Source: Longimicrobiales bacterium
Lineage (GTDB): Bacteria; Gemmatimonadota; Gemmatimonadetes; Longimicrobiales; Gaopeijiaceae
DNA length: 64,000 bases
Reading direction: 5' to 3'
NCBI GenBank assembly: GCA_965202985.1
Contig: CBDBCF010000001.1
Location: forward strand, 736,001-800,000
Below the pieces are notes generated by a model, which ran no database searches, had not been told where the DNA came from, and saw only the letters and a list, made by a program, of their open reading frames with translations. This document shows positions 59,738 to 64,000 of this stretch, in pieces (position 1 is the stretch's first letter; the number at the start of each line of letters is the position of its first letter). The position numbers and the translations under genes were made by a program.

Positions 59738-60796
59738 CTACGCCGGATGCAGCCCCCGGAACTCCAGTCCATCGGTCTCGGCGAATCCGTGCATGACGTT
59801 GAATGCGTGCACGGCTTGGCCCGCGGCTCCCTTCGTCAGGTTGTCCAAGGCGCTCACGACCACGACCCTCGCGGAGTGCGGATCGCGTTCGAACCCCACG
59901 TCGCAGTAGTTGGTTCCGGCCAGGAGCTTGGGGTCCGGGTAGCGGTGAATGCCGCTTCGCTCCTTGACGATGCGCACGAAGGGCTCGTCCCCGTAGGCGT
60001 TCCGGTAAATCCTCCACAGGGCCTTGTCGTCCAGCGATCGGTTCAGGAAGACGTGGCACGTGGCCAGCACGCCGCGCACCATCTCGATCGACGTGGCGGA
60101 AAAGTGAACGCCGCCGGAAAGCGCGTCCGCGGCAGGTGCGCCGCCCATCGCCGCCAGCCCCTGCACGATCTCCGCGGTGTGCCGGTGTCCGGTGGGCTTG
60201 TACGACCGCACGGCGCCGCTTCGCTCGGGGTGGTGGCTGGCCGGGCCGGCGCCGGCGCCGCCCTCGCTGGAGCCCACCTTGACGTCAATGATCGCCGAGT
60301 CGGCGACGCCCTCCATGCACAAGGGCGTCAGCGCCAAGAGGGAGGCGGTGGCGTTGCATCCGGCGCACGCCACCAGATCGGCGTCCCGAAGTCGCTCGCG
60401 GCCCAGCTCCGGGATGCCGTAGACGAAGCGACCGAGCAAGTCGGGCCGGGGATGGACTCGCCCGTACCACCGCTCGTAGGCGCGCCCGTCGCGGAGGCGA
60501 AAGTCGGCGCTCAGGTCCACGATTCGCGACGCTGCCCCGCGCAAGTCGTCGATGCGACCCGACGACTGGCCGTGGGGCAGGCACAAGAACAGCACGTCGC
60601 ACGCCGACAGGTCGTCCAGCGAGCAAAACTTGAGGCGCGTGCTCCCCCGCAGGTTCGGGTGCGGGCTGTGGACGAACTTGCCCGCCAGGCGCTCCGACGT
60701 GACCTGCTGCACTTGCGCCCGGGGATGGCCCAGAAGCAGGCGCAGCAGTTCGCCCCCGACGTAGCCCGATCCGCCGGCCACCGAGACGCGGATCAC
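59738..60796 (-). CDS. lysY: [LysW]-aminoadipyl-phosphate reductase (ArgC/LysY)
   Basis: GGSGYVGGEL, LPHG, DLSADFRL, GCNAT, 'HHPERSG', HRH, DNLTKGAAGQA. Confidence 0.9.
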   Translation of the reverse strand: MIRVSVAGGSGYVGGELLRLLLGHPRAQVQQVTSERLAGKFVHSPHPNLRGSTRLKFCSLDDLSACDVLFLCLPHGQSSGRIDDLRGAASRIVDLSADFRLRDGRAYERWYGRVHPRPDLLGRFVYGIPELGRERLRDADLVACAGCNATASLLALTPLCMEGVADSAIIDVKVGSSEGGAGAGPASHHPERSGAVRSYKPTGHRHTAEIVQGLAAMGGAPAADALSGGVHFSATSIEMVRGVLATCHVFLNRSLDDKALWRIYRNAYGDEPFVRIVKERSGIHRYPDPKLLAGTNYCDVGFERDPHSARVVVVSALDNLTKGAAGQAVHAFNVMHGFAETDGLEFRGLHPA

Positions 60797-60800
60797 GGGA

Positions 60801-61655
60801 TCACGGCGCCCGCGACGTCCCTTGCGGTCCCGACAGCACGTGGGAAACAACCTTGCCGGGGATGTTCACGCCGGTCACGTCGATGCTGTTCTTGAACTCC
60901 ATCGTGTAGTTGACCTCGTTTACCAAGAGGCCGTCGGGCGTCTCAAAGAGATCGACGGCCAGCACGCCCCCGCCCACGGCTTCGGCGGCGCGCAGCGACA
61001 TCTCCGCCAGCTCCGCCGTCACGGGGCAGTTGGAGGCGCGGCCGCCTCGGGCCGTGTTGGTGATCCAGTGTTCGGAGGTGCGGTAGACGGCAGCCACGCA
61101 CTCGTCTCCGACCACGAAGCTGCGGATGTCGCGCCCGTCCTTGTGCACGTACTTCTGCACGAAGAAGATCGAGTGGTGATAGCTGCCCAGGATCGACTTG
61201 TGCTCCAGGACGGTCTCGGCGGCGTCGCGGTCGTTGACCTTGGACAGGAGCCGGCCCCACGAGCCGACGGCCGGCTTCAGCACCACGGGGTACCCGAGCT
61301 GCTCGATCGCGTCCAGCGCCGAGGCCGGCGTGAACGCCACGCGCGCCGCCGGCTGAGGCACGCCGCACTCCTGCAACGCAACAGCGGTGAGCATCTTGTC
61401 GCCGCAGCGCCGAGCCACTTCGTAGGCGTTGACGCAGCGCACGCCGGCGCTCTCGAAGAAGCGCAGGGCGTGGAGCGCCCGAGAGTGGTTGATCGAGCGC
61501 TCCAGAACCACGTCCACCTCCGGGCCGGAGCGCAGGTCGAACACCAACCTGCGATCGTCCAGGAACACGAGATCCGCTTCGGGCCGCTTGCGCAACTCCT
61601 CGATCAGCAGCTTTTCGTCTCTGCGGACCAAGGAGTGGAGGAATCCGACCTTCAC
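60801..61655 (-). CDS. lysX: Alpha-aminoadipate--LysW ligase (RimK-family ATP-grasp)
   Basis: 'RRDEKLL', 'GDK', '[11 protein letters not shown]', 'HWITNTARG' (LysX-type rather than ArgX-type), NEVN..MEFKN. Confidence 0.92.
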   Translation of the reverse strand: MKVGFLHSLVRRDEKLLIEELRKRPEADLVFLDDRRLVFDLRSGPEVDVVLERSINHSRALHALRFFESAGVRCVNAYEVARRCGDKMLTAVALQECGVPQPAARVAFTPASALDAIEQLGYPVVLKPAVGSWGRLLSKVNDRDAAETVLEHKSILGSYHHSIFFVQKYVHKDGRDIRSFVVGDECVAAVYRTSEHWITNTARGGRASNCPVTAELAEMSLRAAEAVGGGVLAVDLFETPDGLLVNEVNYTMEFKNSIDVTGVNIPGKVVSHVLSGPQGTSRAP

Positions 61656-61731
61656 TCCAACACGCCGGCGGATGCGCACGGGCCGGTGCACTCGGACCGT
61701 CCCGCACAGGGCCGTCCGATCCCTGCCGGCG

Positions 61732-61896
61732 TCACTCGCCCCAGTCCTCTTCCGCCTCCGGGGCTTCGGCCAGGACGACGGGCGCCAAGCCCAAGATCTC
61801 CAGCTCGGTCGCACACTCGGAGCACTCGAGGAGCTCCCCTTCCACCGGGTCGGCGGGCAGCTCCACTTCTCCAGCGCAGATCGGACACTCGTTCAT
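61732..61896 (-). CDS. lysW: Amino-group carrier protein LysW
   Basis: 54 aa, CxxC...CxxC zinc ribbon, C-terminal EDWGE. Confidence 0.96.
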   Translation of the reverse strand: MNECPICAGEVELPADPVEGELLECSECATELEILGLAPVVLAEAPEAEEDWGE

Positions 61897-62040
61897 TGTT
61901 GGCTTTCGCCCCTGCTGCAAGGTTGCGACGCGGGCGGACGACTGTCCGAGCACCTGGAACCGGGCCAGCGATGCGCAATCTACCGGATTCGGCCGGGAAC
62001 GGAAGGCCGACCCCGGGGGATCGCCCGCCGTCGCGCGCGG

Positions 62041-64000
62041 TCAGAACCGATAGGTGTAGTTGACCTTCACCGAAGCGCCCCTGGAAAGCGTATCCAGGTT
62101 GCGCCGGTCCAGCAGGCCTTCGCCCAAGTTCCGCCAGTTGTGCGTGTACACCAGGAACACGTCGTTGCCCGGCTTGGGGATCCACCGCAGGCGCCCGAAC
62201 AGCCCCACGACCTCGCTGTCGTTGTCGTACTGCAGCTGCGCGACCACGCCCGCCCATTGGTTCAAGCTCCACTGGCCTTCCAGCTCGTAGACGTCGGCTG
62301 TGAAGTCGCCCCTGGGAAGACTGACGGCGTTGTGCTCCACATCGGCCGACACGCTGACGCCGGGGTTGGGCCGCACGGTCACGCGGGCGTTGAGGCGGTT
62401 TCGGCTGCCGTCCCAGAAGCCGCCCACGCCAGCGCTCGCGAACACGGAAACGCGCCGACGGCCCGTCGTCCGGCCCCGCACCTCCCACTCCCAGTTGGTG
62501 TACTCGCCCGGCAGGATCTCCACGCCGTCGCTCACCTCGAACCCCGAGTCCAGGAACTCGCTCGTGCGCACCGCCTCCACGTCGAAGCCGTCGCCGCTCT
62601 CGAAGTCGATTCCCAGCACGTCGAACTGCCACTGGCGCTCTTCCAAGACGCCCGTGTCGATGTGGGTCAGGTTGCGGAACTGGGCGGCGAAGTCGAACTG
62701 GCGGATCCAGCCGATGCTCTCGGGTCGCGGCGCCCATCCGATGCGGGGCTCCACGCGGCGAAAGCCGTTGCGCGACACGAAGCCGACGGCGGGCGAGTAG
62801 TCGTCGCCGAACTCCCGGTACGACAAGTGGCCCGACCAGATGTCGTTGGGCAGGTTGAAGCGGAACCCGCGGGCCGACAGGTCGCCGAAGGAGCGCGACG
62901 CCAACGGATCAGGGTTCGAGTTCCACACCACGAACGCCTCCATCTCGAATCGGTTGTCGCCCAAGAAGCGGCTGGTGTTGAATTGGAAGTCGACGCCGGC
63001 GGTGTGCCGGGCTTCGGGCGCGTCGTCGGAAGGGCCGGCGGCCGTGCCGCGGCGCGTGTAGATGACGCCCACCGAGGACTCGCCCCAGAGAGCGCGCTTG
63101 GCGCGGGCCACGGTGAACATCTCGCGGGGCAGAATCACGGGCGCGGCGTCCACGGCAGCGGTGTCCGCGGCGTCTTCGTCCAAATAGCTGTGCGTGCCGG
63201 TGCCGATCTGGTAGAAGCCCAGCTCGAACCTGCCGGCCTGGCCGGTGAGGCGCGTGCCGTAGCGGATGGGGATCTGCTCTCCCGACAGGAGGCCGATGCG
63301 CCGGGAGAAGAACGGCGACGGGCCGCTTCGGGGCGCGAAGGTGAAGACGCCCGACCCTTCGAGGAAGAAGTCTCGCCGCTCGGGGAAGCGGATCGGGAAG
63401 CGGGTCAGGTTCACGCGCCGCTGATCGCTCTCCACCTCGGCGAAGTCCGTGTTGATGCTGGCCGAGGCGCGCAGGCTGGAGGTGAGGCTGTAGTTCACGT
63501 CCAGGCTCAGGTCGCGGGGGAAGGTGGTGGGGTCGGCGTGCTCCGGCACCTGCCGCCAGCTGGCCACCGCCGACGGTCGGGCTTCCAATCCCAGCCCCTG
63601 GGACATGCCCTGCAGTCCGGCCAGCCGGCCCGCGTGCACCGGCCGCCACAGCCCCTCGTTGCGGCGATGCCCCCGCCACAGGATCTCCTCGTTGCGGCGG
63701 CGGATCGTGCGCTGGAAGTTGATCCCCCACGTGTCCAGGGCGGGATTGAAGTTGAGCGTGCGGAAGGGAATTCGTATCTCCGCCGACCAGCCGTCCGGGC
63801 GCATGGCGGTGCGCGCCTCCCAGATGCCGTCCCACGCCTTGCCGGCACCCCCGCCGAAGCCGCCGCCCCCGCGGCCACCCGCCCCCGTCAAGATGCCGTC
63901 TCCCATGAGGCCGGCGGGGTTGATCTCGAAGAAGTAGCCCGTCCGCCCGTCCATGAAGGTGTCCATGATCCACATGAAGCGGTCGTCGGTGCCCAGGCTG
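62041..64000 (-). CDS. DUF5916 / CBM9-like outer-membrane protein (5' end outside window)
   Basis: 'WDGIW', 'GWSAEIRIPFRTL', 'NTDFAEVESD', 'FPERRDFFLEG', 'FFSRRIG'; beta-barrel C-terminus ending YTYRF. Confidence 0.85.
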   Translation of the reverse strand, partial: SLGTDDRFMWIMDTFMDGRTGYFFEINPAGLMGDGILTGAGGRGGGGFGGGAGKAWDGIWEARTAMRPDGWSAEIRIPFRTLNFNPALDTWGINFQRTIRRRNEEILWRGHRRNEGLWRPVHAGRLAGLQGMSQGLGLEARPSAVASWRQVPEHADPTTFPRDLSLDVNYSLTSSLRASASINTDFAEVESDQRRVNLTRFPIRFPERRDFFLEGSGVFTFAPRSGPSPFFSRRIGLLSGEQIPIRYGTRLTGQAGRFELGFYQIGTGTHSYLDEDAADTAAVDAAPVILPREMFTVARAKRALWGESSVGVIYTRRGTAAGPSDDAPEARHTAGVDFQFNTSRFLGDNRFEMEAFVVWNSNPDPLASRSFGDLSARGFRFNLPNDIWSGHLSYREFGDDYSPAVGFVSRNGFRRVEPRIGWAPRPESIGWIRQFDFAAQFRNLTHIDTGVLEERQWQFDVLGIDFESGDGFDVEAVRTSEFLDSGFEVSDGVEILPGEYTNWEWEVRGRTTGRRRVSVFASAGVGGFWDGSRNRLNARVTVRPNPGVSVSADVEHNAVSLPRGDFTADVYELEGQWSLNQWAGVVAQLQYDNDSEVVGLFGRLRWIPKPGNDVFLVYTHNWRNLGEGLLDRRNLDTLSRGASVKVNYTYRF

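Noticed and set aside
61897..62040. Lysine riboswitch or attenuator upstream of lysW
   Set aside because: Only a short GGCGAAAGCC hairpin and a TAGATT -10-like box; no L-box consensus or Lys-rich leader recognised. An Rfam search would settle it.

Overview
High-GC bacterial chromosomal window. The gene content (6-bladed beta-propeller, DUF5916, several Rpn genes, sterol reductase) resembles Gemmatimonadota-like marine/sponge-associated bacteria, but this is inference only. Left to right: (i) a Wzy/Wza/Wzc exopolysaccharide cluster ending in asnB; (ii) a ~26 kb accessory region with two Rpn (PD-(D/E)xK) genes, a minus-strand defence island, a eukaryote-like sterol delta-7 reductase, a beta-propeller and a Fic protein; the island is built on a DUF499/DUF1156/SNF2-DUF3883 'restriction-like' scaffold carrying MAD3-MAD4, two C5-methyltransferase + GHKL-ATPase/nuclease modules, an AbiJ-like gene and phd-vapC; (iii) a second glycan cluster (neuB, dehydrogenase, neuC, neuA, D-glucuronyl C5-epimerase, GT4, epimerase, HTTM protein, asnB) coupled to rel-uvrB-tsaE-tsaB-rimI; (iv) a LysW-dependent amino-acid pathway (lysW-X-Y...Z-J) with no lysK in the window but an EgtC-like Ntn hydrolase overlapping lysZ, interrupted by a GH3 gene and a decayed Rpn. 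Best leads: the Ntn hydrolase as a possible non-orthologous LysK replacement; a 90-nt DUF499/vapC chimeric scar recording stacking of defence cassettes; strong in-frame internal translation starts in all four Rpn copies, intact even in the broken copy; and a ~50-nt non-coding motif shared upstream of two Rpn genes. Start codons were chosen by eye, and family calls come from motif recognition, not database searches.
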